The notes beneath the pieces were generated by a model. The model saw only the letters and a program-made list of their open reading frames with translations, was not told the origin of the DNA and ran no database searches. Position numbers and translations under genes: made by a program. Positions 23,207 to 30,947 of a stretch of 49,113 nucleotides of DNA are shown piece after piece (the first letter of the stretch is position 1; every line of letters starts with the position of its first letter). This stretch comes from Pseudomonadota bacterium (GTDB lineage: Bacteria; Pseudomonadota; Alphaproteobacteria; Kiloniellales; J153), in NCBI GenBank assembly GCA_022572105.1, contig JACZWN010000002.1, positions 1-49,113 on the forward strand. The letters are read 5' to 3'.

Positions 23207-26200
23207 TGCCCGGGTCGCGCCTGCTTTACCTCGTCCTTGCCGTGCTGGTCGCCGCCGGCGCCCCGGCCGTCGGCGTCTGGGCCGCCGAGCGGGTCGCGGT
23301 GCGGGTCGGCGAGCATCCGGGGTTCAGCCGGATCGTGTTCGACTGGAGCCGGCCCGTGGGCGCGCGCGTCGAGCGGCAAGGGGGGCAAGGGGGATACGTC
23401 GTTCTGCGCTTCGACCGCGTGGGCGAGCTCGACCTCGCGCGCTTCCGGGCCGATCCGCCGCCCGAGGTTTCGCGCATCGCGGCCAGGCCCGAGGGCGACG
23501 GGCTGGTCGTGACCCTGACCGTCGTCCCCGGCGCCAAGACCCGGCTGTTCGAGAGCGAAGGCAAGACCGTCCTCGACGTTCTCAAGCCGGGCACGCTCGA
23601 TGATGCACGGGCCACCACGCCCGAAGACTGGCGCCGCCGCCGAGCGGCCGGGCGGTCCGAGGCGAAGTCGACGCCGGCCCCGGTGCCCGAGCGCCGGCCG
23701 AGCCCGCCCAAGGCCGGGGACGCCGCCGCGGCGCAGGCCGCCAAGGTCGGCGATCCGAAGGCGCGCGCCGGGACGCCGCCCGCGCGCGGCGCCCCAATCT
23801 CGCTTCTACCCCCGGCCACGTCCGAGTCCGAGCCGAAATCCGCCGACCGGTCCGCCGCCCCGGAGAAGGCCCCCGGGAAGGTCTCGGAGAAGGTCTCGGA
23901 AAAGGCCGGGAAAAATGCACCCGGATCGCAGGACGCAAAGGCCAAGACCGTTGCCCCGGCCGCGCCGGCCGAGACCAAAACCAAGGCCGAGACCAAAACC
24001 AAGGTCGGGCCCAAGGCCAAACCCGGTCGGGCGGCCTCGGCCTCGTCGGACAAGCAGCCCCGGGGCACGGTCTCTGCAACGGGCCTGGCGGCCGCCGGGG
24101 TTCCCTCCATGCCAAGCGGCGAAGCGTCCGGCGCGAGTCCGGTGCTGGTCTCCAGCGGCTCCGCGCCGGTCCTGATCGAAACCTCCCCGATGCCCGGCAG
24201 GTCCTTGTCGCGCGGCATCCCGCGGGCGCTGCGCTTCGATTGGCCGGAGGTCACCGCGGCCGCTGCCTTCCGGCGCGGCGGCAAGCTCTGGCTCGTCTTC
24301 GACCGTCCGCCGACCGGCGATCTGGCGGGCGACATCAGTCGGATGGCGCCGGAGCTCGAACCGGTCGAGCAGTTCGAAGTGGCGGGTGCGACGGTCATCC
24401 GCTTTGCCGCACCGGCCATGCTGACCGCCAATCTGCGCCGCGAGAAGGCGGCCTGGATCGTCGATTTGCAGCCTGGGGTTCCCGACGGCGGGACGGAGAT
24501 CGAAGTGCTGGTCGAGGGAAGCGCGGCGCGCGCCCGGGTTGTGTACCGGGTCGAAACGCCCGGACGCATGGTCTCGTTCATCGACCCGGACCTGGGCGAT
24601 CGCTTGATCGTCGTGCCGGTGCCCACCGCCCAACTGGGGCTCCGTGTGACCCGGGAGTTCCCTCAGTTCCGAGTGCTCGCGAGCCATCAGGGCCTGGTTT
24701 TCCAGCCGCTTTCCGAGAGCCTCCAGGTCGAGGTGACGGCGAAGGCCGTGGTGCTGCGCGACCGCGAAGGGTTGATCGTTTCGCGCGGTTCGAGTCTGGC
24801 GCTTTTGAAGTCCAACGTGGCGGCGCCGCGCCGGGGCCCGAGGCTGTTCGATCTCGATGCCTGGCGGCGCGGCGGCGCGGAGCGGTTCCGGGTCAACAAG
24901 CATATGCTGCAAGGGGCGCTCGCCCGGGCGGAGCCCGCGCACGCCGACGCGGCCCGCTTCGAGCTCGCGCGGTTCTACTTCGCCCACGGCCTGGCTTCCG
25001 AGGCGCTTGGCATGTTGCGTCTGGCTGGGCAGACGGATCCGCGCATGGCGTTGGATCCGCGGCTGCGCCTCGTCGAGGGCGCGAGTGAATTTTTGACCGA
25101 CGATCTCGCGGGCGCGGCCGAGGTGCTCTTCGATCCGTCGCTCGCGGGCGAGTGGGAGGCCGATCTATGGCGCGCCGCGCTGGCCGCCGCCCGCCTCGAT
25201 TGGGGTCTCGCCGCGACCGGCTTCGCGCAGACCGAGGCGTTGATCGCGGCCTATCCGCATGCCGTGCGGGTCCGCTTGCGGCTGCTCGCCGCCGAGGCGG
25301 GGCTCGCGGTGGGCGACCATGAGGGCGCCGAGCGCTACCTCGAGGCGGTGCGCCGGGACGATCCGAGCCACACCGAGGAGGCGCAGGTCGCGTTCCTGGT
25401 GGCGCGCCGCCTGCATCTCGATGGCGATACCGAGACCGCGGCCGCGCTGTGGCGAAGAGTGGCGGCGGGCAAGCACGCGTCGTCGCGGATTCGGGCCCGT
25501 CTCGCCTTGCTCGATCTGGCGCTGGAAGACGGCTCGACCACCACCGAACAAGCGATCGAAGAGTTGGAGCGCCTGCGCTTCGCCTGGCGCGGCGACCGCT
25601 TCGAGTTCGCGCTCTTGCAGCGCCTGGGCGATCTCTACGTCCTGCGCGGGGACTACCGAAAGGGGCTGCGCCTGTTGCGCCGCGCGGCCTCGCATACCCA
25701 GAATTCCGAAGTTTCCCGGGCGGCGGCAAGCCGCATGCGCGTGATTTTCACCAATCTCTTCAGCGGCCAGGCGGACGCCAAGCTGCCGCCGTTGAAGGCG
25801 CTCGCGTTGTTCGAGGAGTTCAAGGAGTTGACGCCGCCGGGGCCGAAAGGGGACGAGGTGATCCTCCGCCTCGTGGACCGGTTGGTCGCGGTCGATCTGC
25901 TCGACCGCGCGGCCGGCATCCTCGAATCGCAGGTCGAATACCGGCTTCGGGGAACCGCCAAGGCCCGGGTCGCGGCGCGCCTGGCGTTGGTCCGCCTGTT
26001 GAACCAGGAGCCCGCCAAGGCCGTGGCGGTCCTGAAAGCCAGCGCGCTGCCGGATCTCCCCGACGGCCTGGTCGGTGAGCGCCGCATCCTGCGGACCCGC
26101 GCGCTGCTGCAACTGGACCGGGCGGACGAGGCTCTGGTTTCGCTCGGCACAGACGACAGCGTCGAGGCGCTACGCCTGCGCGCCCAGATCCTTTCGCACC

Positions 26201-26544
26201 AGGAGAACTGGCCGGCCGCGGTGCTCGCGCTCGAGCGCCTGGTGCCGGCGACCCCGCCGTCCGAGCGTCCGTTGCGCGAAGCCGAAAGCGACGCCGTGCT
26301 CGACCTGGCGGTGGCGCTGACCATGGCCGGCGAGCGTGACAAGATCCTGGCGCTGGGGCGGACCTACGAGGACGGCATGTCGCGTGGGCCGAACAAGCAT
26401 GCCTTCGCCCTGCTGGTCGGCGATCTGGAGCCGAACCGGGTCAAGTCGGCCGCCGAGGAATTGGCTCAGGTCGATCAGGTCGAGGCGTTCCTGGCCAGCT
26501 ACCGCAAGCGCACCGGAGCGAGCGGCCAAGCCACTACTCAATAA
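23203..26544 (+). CDS. 1113-aa secreted protein: signal peptide, beta-rich AMIN-like N-module, Pro/Ala/Lys low-complexity linker, large helical TPR-like C-terminal region; function unknown
   Basis: The start overlaps the MotB-like 2 stop (ATGATG/TGA). Signal peptide LLYLVLAVLVAAGAPAVGVWA. FSRIVFDWSRPV...VVLRFDRV...LVVTLTVVPG. Linker with KVSEKVSEK and ETKTKAETKTK repeats. C-terminal ~600 aa are helical with TPR-like A/L/R periodicity. Confidence 0.7.
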   Translation: MMPGSRLLYLVLAVLVAAGAPAVGVWAAERVAVRVGEHPGFSRIVFDWSRPVGARVERQGGQGGYVVLRFDRVGELDLARFRADPPPEVSRIAARPEGDGLVVTLTVVPGAKTRLFESEGKTVLDVLKPGTLDDARATTPEDWRRRRAAGRSEAKSTPAPVPERRPSPPKAGDAAAAQAAKVGDPKARAGTPPARGAPISLLPPATSESEPKSADRSAAPEKAPGKVSEKVSEKAGKNAPGSQDAKAKTVAPAAPAETKTKAETKTKVGPKAKPGRAASASSDKQPRGTVSATGLAAAGVPSMPSGEASGASPVLVSSGSAPVLIETSPMPGRSLSRGIPRALRFDWPEVTAAAAFRRGGKLWLVFDRPPTGDLAGDISRMAPELEPVEQFEVAGATVIRFAAPAMLTANLRREKAAWIVDLQPGVPDGGTEIEVLVEGSAARARVVYRVETPGRMVSFIDPDLGDRLIVVPVPTAQLGLRVTREFPQFRVLASHQGLVFQPLSESLQVEVTAKAVVLRDREGLIVSRGSSLALLKSNVAAPRRGPRLFDLDAWRRGGAERFRVNKHMLQGALARAEPAHADAARFELARFYFAHGLASEALGMLRLAGQTDPRMALDPRLRLVEGASEFLTDDLAGAAEVLFDPSLAGEWEADLWRAALAAARLDWGLAATGFAQTEALIAAYPHAVRVRLRLLAAEAGLAVGDHEGAERYLEAVRRDDPSHTEEAQVAFLVARRLHLDGDTETAAALWRRVAAGKHASSRIRARLALLDLALEDGSTTTEQAIEELERLRFAWRGDRFEFALLQRLGDLYVLRGDYRKGLRLLRRAASHTQNSEVSRAAASRMRVIFTNLFSGQADAKLPPLKALALFEEFKELTPPGPKGDEVILRLVDRLVAVDLLDRAAGILESQVEYRLRGTAKARVAARLALVRLLNQEPAKAVAVLKASALPDLPDGLVGERRILRTRALLQLDRADEALVSLGTDDSVEALRLRAQILSHQENWPAAVLALERLVPATPPSERPLREAESDAVLDLAVALTMAGERDKILALGRTYEDGMSRGPNKHAFALLVGDLEPNRVKSAAEELAQVDQVEAFLASYRKRTGASGQATTQ

Positions 26545-26550
26545 CGCATC

Positions 26551-26572
26551 GGGCCGGGCGGCGCGCCGGCCC
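26551..26572. terminator. GC-rich hairpin between convergent genes (possible bidirectional terminator, no clear U-tract)
   Basis: GGGCCGG-GCGGCGCG-CCGGCCC, between the 1113-aa gene (+) and fliP (-). Confidence 0.3.
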
Positions 26573-26655
26573 ACTCCAGTGCGCTTTCTTGCTTTGGCGT
26601 TGCGACCGGCGGGTCGGCGCCGGGCTGGTGCGATTCCACGTTAGTGGAACTTGCT

Positions 26656-27405
26656 CTAGATCCCGTAGCTTTGCACCAGGGAGCCGGCGACCAGGTACCA
26701 GCCGTCGACCAGGACGAAGAAGATCAGCTTGAAGGGCAGGGAGATCATGATGGGGGGCAGCATCAGCATGCCCATCGACATGAGCACCGAGGCCACCACC
26801 ATGTCGATGATGATGAATGGCAGGAACAGCAGGAAGCCGATCTCGAAGGCCCGGCGCAACTCGGAGATCATGAACGCCGGAATGAGCGAGCGCATCGGCG
26901 TCTCTTCGGGCGTGGCGATCGGTCCGGTCTCGGCCATGTCCAGGAACAGCTTGAGGTCCTGCTCGCGGACGTGGTCGAGCATGAACTCGCGGACTGGTTC
27001 GGTCGCCTTTTCCAGGGCCTCCATCTCGGTGATGTCCTCGGCGACCATGGGCTGGATCGCCTGGTCATAGATTCGTTCCAGCGTCGGCATCATGATGAAG
27101 GCGGTCAGGAACAGGGCCAGGCTGATGAGCACCGAGTTGGGCGGCGTCTGCTGGATGCCGAGCGCACTGCGCAGAAACGACAGCACCACCACGATGCGGG
27201 TGAAAGAGGTGAGCATGACCAGGATCGACGGCGCCAGGCTCAGGATCGTAAGTAGCACGACCAGTTGGATGAGCCGGTTGGCGGTCGAGCCGCTGGTCTC
27301 GTCGCCCAGGTCGAACTGAAGCATCTGCGCGAGCGCTGGCTCGGGCACCAAGGCCACGGCCAGGAGGGCGAGAACGCCCAAGACGAGCGCGCTTGGCCGC
27401 ATCAT
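26656..27405 (-). CDS. fliP: Flagellar export apparatus protein FliP
   Basis: Start at the ATG at 27405 (MMRPSALVLGVLALLAVALVP). SLAPSILVMLTSFTRIVVVLSFLRSALGIQQTPPN ... FLLFLPFIIIDMVVASVLMSMGMLMLPP. The tracked 373-aa ORF is N-terminally over-extended across fliO. Confidence 0.92.
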   Translation of the reverse strand: MMRPSALVLGVLALLAVALVPEPALAQMLQFDLGDETSGSTANRLIQLVVLLTILSLAPSILVMLTSFTRIVVVLSFLRSALGIQQTPPNSVLISLALFLTAFIMMPTLERIYDQAIQPMVAEDITEMEALEKATEPVREFMLDHVREQDLKLFLDMAETGPIATPEETPMRSLIPAFMISELRRAFEIGFLLFLPFIIIDMVVASVLMSMGMLMLPPIMISLPFKLIFFVLVDGWYLVAGSLVQSYGI

Positions 27406-27773
27406 GAGGTCTGCCTCTTCGCCTCGGGCATCTCCACCTCGGGCATCTTCCCAGCGGGCGTTTCCGCTTGTGGCACGGCGGCGCGCGCCGGAGAGGCGGC
27501 GTCCCGCGGCGCCTGGATGGCGCTTTCCAGGAGCAGGTCCTGGTTCGGTCCGAGCAGCACCAGGTGCTCGCAGCCGTCGCGACGCAGCAGCACGAGCTTG
27601 CGCCGGGAATCGAGCACCCTGACCTCGACCACGGACAGCCGGGGTGACTTGCCCCTGTTCGGGGTCAGTTGGCCGCCGAACCCGAAGCGCCGCGCCGCCC
27701 AGGCGAGGCCGCCGATGAGCGCGAGCACCAGGACCAAGGCGAGCATGAAGCGGATGTAGACGTCGAAATCCAT
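27402..27773 (-). CDS. fliO: Flagellar export protein FliO
   Basis: 123 aa. Single TM FMLALVLVLALIGGLAWAARRF, then LSVVEVRVLDSRRKLVLLRRDGCEHLVLLG. ATGA overlap with fliP. Confidence 0.8.
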   Translation of the reverse strand: MDFDVYIRFMLALVLVLALIGGLAWAARRFGFGGQLTPNRGKSPRLSVVEVRVLDSRRKLVLLRRDGCEHLVLLGPNQDLLLESAIQAPRDAASPARAAVPQAETPAGKMPEVEMPEAKRQTS

Positions 27774-27809
27774 ACACGCTCCATCAGGCGTGAGGGCACT
27801 TTACGGGCC

Positions 27810-28136
27810 TCACTTTTCGGGTTCCGCATTCTTCGAATAGGCGCTGTGCGCGAGCCGCCGCCCGGCGGCGTTGCCTATCTGGCTCTTCAACTCTTCCATC
27901 TTCGCCTCGATCGACCGGCCGAGCCGTCCGAAATCGTCGATGATCGCGACCAACCGGGGTTGCACGTAGCGGCCATCTTCGGCGGGAAGCCCCTCGATCC
28001 GGCAGCAGAGGTCCTCGATGTCGCCCTCCAACGAAGACAGATCGAGGAGCGAGTCCGCCGCCAGCTCGGCCTGGGCGCGGGCGATAATTCCGCCAAGCGC
28101 CTGCAGCTCGACGATAATCTCGGCGCTCGGGGTCAT
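27810..28136 (-). CDS. Hypothetical helical protein, flagellar-operon associated
   Basis: 108 aa with no recognisable motif. High third-position GC. ATGA overlap with the upstream FlhB-C-like gene. 36 nt upstream of fliO. Confidence 0.55.
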   Translation of the reverse strand: MTPSAEIIVELQALGGIIARAQAELAADSLLDLSSLEGDIEDLCCRIEGLPAEDGRYVQPRLVAIIDDFGRLGRSIEAKMEELKSQIGNAAGRRLAHSAYSKNAEPEK

Positions 28137-28471
28137 GCTCCGGGATCCGATACGGCCGTGGCTTGGACCCGGTAGACGTAGGACAGGATCTCGGCCACGG
28201 CGGCGAGCGCTTGCAGCGGAATTTCGCTGTCGATCTCCATGGTCGCCAGGATCTCGGCCAAGTCGGCGTCGCTACGCACCCGGATCCCGCGGTCGAAGGC
28301 GATCTGCAGAATCTGCTCGGCGAGCGCGCCGCGCCCCTTGGCGACCACGCGCGGCGCCCCCGACCGGCCCGGGTGGTTGTCGATGGCGACCGCCAGCGGT
28401 CTCTGGTCGGGTGTGTCCCGCTCGGACCTCGGCGTGTCGAAATAAACGGATTCGTCCACCACGGCGATCAA
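28133..28471 (-). CDS. Stand-alone FlhB C-terminal-domain-like protein (EscU/YscU/HrcU family fragment type)
   Basis: APRVVAKGRGALAEQILQIAFDRGIRVRSDADLAEILATMEIDSEIPLQALAAVAEILSYVYR matches the FlhB-C / YlqH-like pattern. The tracked start is TTG, and nearby GTG starts are possible. Confidence 0.7.
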   Translation of the reverse strand: MIAVVDESVYFDTPRSERDTPDQRPLAVAIDNHPGRSGAPRVVAKGRGALAEQILQIAFDRGIRVRSDADLAEILATMEIDSEIPLQALAAVAEILSYVYRVQATAVSDPGA

Positions 28472-28588
28472 GCGTCCTCGTGCGATGGGTCAAAGGCGAG
28501 GCTTGGGCGCACGCGAGATGCACGCCGGTGGCGCCCGTCGATCCATCCTGGCGCAACATGCTTAACGAAAGGTTTAGGGTGGCGCCGA

Positions 28589-28608
28589 GCGGGTCGTAGC
28601 CGACCCGC
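28589..28608 (-). other. 8-bp GC stem / tetraloop hairpin 5 nt after the csrA stop
   Basis: GCGGGTCG-TAGC-CGACCCGC. No U-tract, so a possible intra-operon RNA structure rather than a full terminator. Confidence 0.3.
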
Positions 28609-28612
28609 AGGC

Positions 28613-28879
28613 CTAATCCGATGGTTTCGAGTCGCCCTTGAATGGCCCGCGGCCGGGCTGACCACGGTTCTTCATGGCCTGGGCGAGTGTCTCGCCGCCC
28701 GCGGCCGCGGCCCGGTTCTCGGCCTGAATCCGCTCGAAAATCTCGCGCCGCAGCACGGTCGCATCGGTCGGAAACGTGAAGCCTAGCTTGATCGACTTGC
28801 CCCGGATATCGATGACGGTCACCTCGATATTATCGTTAATGATGACCGACTCGCCGATTTTGCGTGTCAGATAGAGCAT
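28613..28879 (-). CDS. csrA: Carbon storage regulator CsrA (flagellar, FliW-partnered type with C-terminal extension)
   Basis: Start at the ATG at 28879 with AGGAGG 8 nt upstream: MLYLTRKIGESVIINDNIEVTVIDIRGKSIKLGFTFPTDATVLRREIFERI. 88 aa with a tail of about 35 aa. Confidence 0.9.
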   Translation of the reverse strand: MLYLTRKIGESVIINDNIEVTVIDIRGKSIKLGFTFPTDATVLRREIFERIQAENRAAAAGGETLAQAMKNRGQPGRGPFKGDSKPSD

Positions 28880-28972
28880 GCCGGCTCCCTCCTGTGCCGG
28901 GTCCCCCAAGCGCGCCGGAAAGCGCGCCGCAACCCCCTAACTAAACAGCATTCGAGGAGAAATAAAACCGAT

Positions 28973-28988
28973 TTTACGCAATGTTAAC
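28973..28988 (+). promoter_or_regulatory. CtrA-like box TTTA-N7-TTAAC in the divergent csrA / flgB spacer
   Basis: TTTACGCAATGTTAAC, 70 nt upstream of the flgB ATG (29058) and ~95 nt from the csrA ATG. Locally AT-rich. Confidence 0.4.
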
Positions 28989-29057
28989 GCAACGAGCCCG
29001 ATAATGACCGTCCCGAGGGCCTCCGGCCCGAGCGGCCGCCACGTCACCGGGAGAGGC

Positions 29058-29462
29058 ATGGAAGGAAAATTCAACATTTTCGCGGTTTTGGGCAAGCGCT
29101 TGGACTGGCTGAGCCAGCGCCAGCGGGTGCTTGCCGAGAACGTCGCCAATGCCGACACGCCGAACTACGTACCGCGCGACCTCGACGAGGCGGAGTTTGG
29201 GCGGATCTTGCGCAGCCAGCTGTCCCCCGTCGATCCCAAGATGACCCACGCGGCGCACCTGCGGGGCACGGCGCAACGCGGCGGTCCGGCGAACAGCGTG
29301 CGTCAAAAGGACCCCTACGAGACCTCGCCGTCGGGCAATGCGGTGATTCTCGAGGAGCAGTTGATCAAGGTCACCAAGACCCAGTCGGACTATCAGACCA
29401 TCGTCAACCTGTACCGCAAGCAGATGGACATGGTCCGGACCGCACTCGGGCGCGGCGGCTGA
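29058..29462 (+). CDS. flgB: Flagellar proximal rod protein FlgB
   Basis: LDWLSQRQRVLAENVANADTPNYVPRDL ... NAVILEEQLIKVTKTQSDYQTIVNLYRKQMDMV. The ATG at 29058 (GGGAGAGG upstream) is preferred over the tracked ATG at 29004. Confidence 0.85.
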   Translation: MEGKFNIFAVLGKRLDWLSQRQRVLAENVANADTPNYVPRDLDEAEFGRILRSQLSPVDPKMTHAAHLRGTAQRGGPANSVRQKDPYETSPSGNAVILEEQLIKVTKTQSDYQTIVNLYRKQMDMVRTALGRGG

Positions 29463-29479
29463 TGATGCCGGCGCTTAAT

Positions 29480-29766
29480 ACCAAAGGTCCTTGATAATGA
29501 CCCATAGAGACGGCTTCCCAAGGTTTTCGGCCAGGAGCGCGTGGCGTAGCGATGCGGGACATCGCAAGCCATGCGCCCCGTCCACAAGAATTGGGCCGTC
29601 CGAAAGCCTTGGGAAACCACCGTTCCGGTCGGGCAGGCGAACCGCCGGAGGGCGTCGGAAAGCCTTGACGATGTCCCGCATCGCCCGCGGCTTCCCTCCT
29701 ACCCGCCCGTTGGCCCGACGGATCGCCGGCCCGATCTCTATGGGTCATTATCAAGGACCTTTGGTA
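29480..29766. mobile_element. MITE-like non-autonomous element (~287 bp) inserted between flgB and flgC
   Basis: Perfect 33-bp terminal inverted repeats: ATACCAAAGGTCCTTGATAATGACCCATAGAGA (29479..29511) and its reverse complement (29735..29767). Flanking TA/TAA duplication. Further internal inverted repeats (GCGATGCGGGACATCGC / CGATGTCCCGCATCGC). No credible ORF. Confidence 0.8.
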
Positions 29767-29781
29767 TAAGGAGGAGGCTGG

Positions 29782-30192
29782 ATGGCGGATCTGAGCAAAT
29801 CCATGAACATCTCGGCGGCCGGCATGAAGGCGCAGGGCACGCGCTTGCGCATCATTTCCGAGAACATCGCCAACGCCGGCTCGACGGCGCTCACGCCGAA
29901 CGGCGAGCCCTACCGGCGCAAGCTGGTGACCTTCGGCACCACGCTCAACCGCGAGCTCGGCACGGAGCTGATCGACGTGCAGAAGGTTTCGCGCGACCCG
30001 TCCGATTTCGGCCTGCGCTACCAGCCCGGCCATCCGGCCGCCGATGCGAGCGGATACGTGAAGACCGCGAACGTCAACACGCTGATCGAGATGACCGACA
30101 TGCGCGAAGCCCAACGCAGCTACGAGGCCAACCTCCGCGTGATGCAGGCGGCGCGCGCCATGCTGCAGCGGACCATCGATCTGCTGCGCTAA
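29782..30192 (+). CDS. flgC: Flagellar proximal rod protein FlgC
   Basis: MNISAAGMKAQGTRLRIISENIANAGST ... VNTLIEMTDMREAQRSYEANLRVMQAARAML. AAGGAGGAGG RBS. Confidence 0.93.
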   Translation: MADLSKSMNISAAGMKAQGTRLRIISENIANAGSTALTPNGEPYRRKLVTFGTTLNRELGTELIDVQKVSRDPSDFGLRYQPGHPAADASGYVKTANVNTLIEMTDMREAQRSYEANLRVMQAARAMLQRTIDLLR

Positions 30193-30293
30193 TACCAAGA
30201 AGCGCCGAGTTTTCCAGCGGCCGCCAGGAAGGCGGCCGCCAATTCGCCAGGAAGGCCGAGGGCAGGGGCGTGTTTCGCCCCGGGAGATTTGCC

Positions 30294-30605
30294 ATGGCCA
30301 TCAATTTCACCGACGCCGTCAAGGCGTACGAGAAGATCGCGCGGCACGACGCGATTCCGGGCCCCGGCGGCCCGCAAATCAAGGGCGGCGCGGATTTCTC
30401 CGATGTCCTGCGCGAAGCTACCGAAGGCGCCATGGGGGCCCTGCGCGAGGGCGAGCGCCAGACCCTGAAGGCAGCGGCCGGAACCGCCGACTTGAACGAC
30501 GTGGTGATGGCGGTGGGCAAAGCCGAAATGACGCTGCAAACCGTGGTCGCGCTGCGCGACCGCGTGATCCAGGCCTACCAGGAAATTATCCGGATGCCGA
30601 TCTAG
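30294..30605 (+). CDS. fliE: Flagellar hook-basal body protein FliE
   Basis: 103 aa. FSDVLREATEGAMGALREGERQTLKAAAGTADLNDVVMAVGKAEMTLQTVVALRDRVIQAYQEIIRMPI. Confidence 0.88.
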   Translation: MAINFTDAVKAYEKIARHDAIPGPGGPQIKGGADFSDVLREATEGAMGALREGERQTLKAAAGTADLNDVVMAVGKAEMTLQTVVALRDRVIQAYQEIIRMPI

Positions 30606-30674
30606 GCGCGTGTCGGCGCCGGCGAGCCGTGCGACGGCCGTAAGAGCACCCGAAAAAAAGGGTTTAAGGGGCCA

Positions 30675-30941
30675 ATGAACTCCGCCGACGTCATGGAGGT
30701 CTCGCGTGAAGCCGTCGTGGTCATGCTCAAGATCGGCTCGCCGGTCCTGCTGCTCGCCCTCACCGTCGGCCTCGTCATTTCGTTGTTTCAGGCGCTCACC
30801 CAGATGCAGGAAATGACCCTGACCTTCGTACCGAAAGCCCTCGTCATCGTCGTGTCGCTGATGGTTTTCCTGCCCTTCATGCTCGGGGTTCTCGTCACCT
30901 TCACCGAGGGCCTGATGGACCGGATCGTCGCGTTGGGCTAG
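30675..30941 (+). CDS. fliQ: Flagellar export apparatus protein FliQ
   Basis: 88 aa, two TM. GSPVLLLALTVGLVISLFQALTQMQEMTLTFVPK. Confidence 0.92.
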   Translation: MNSADVMEVSREAVVVMLKIGSPVLLLALTVGLVISLFQALTQMQEMTLTFVPKALVIVVSLMVFLPFMLGVLVTFTEGLMDRIVALG

Positions 30942-30947
30942 CCGGCC

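Noticed and set aside
23226-24987. Minus-strand ORFs of 466 aa (23226..24626) and 393 aa (23806..24987), and several plus-strand off-frame ORFs
   Set aside because: They are shadow frames of the 1113-aa gene. Only the 23203..26544 frame has a signal peptide and structured-looking sequence.
29404-30198. ORFs crossing the MITE (29491..29769 plus, 92 aa; 29404..30198 minus, 264 aa; 29571..30605 plus, 344 aa)
   Set aside because: The first two are by-products of the palindromic element or are antisense to flgC. In the third, only the last 103 codons are real (fliE, from the ATG at 30294).
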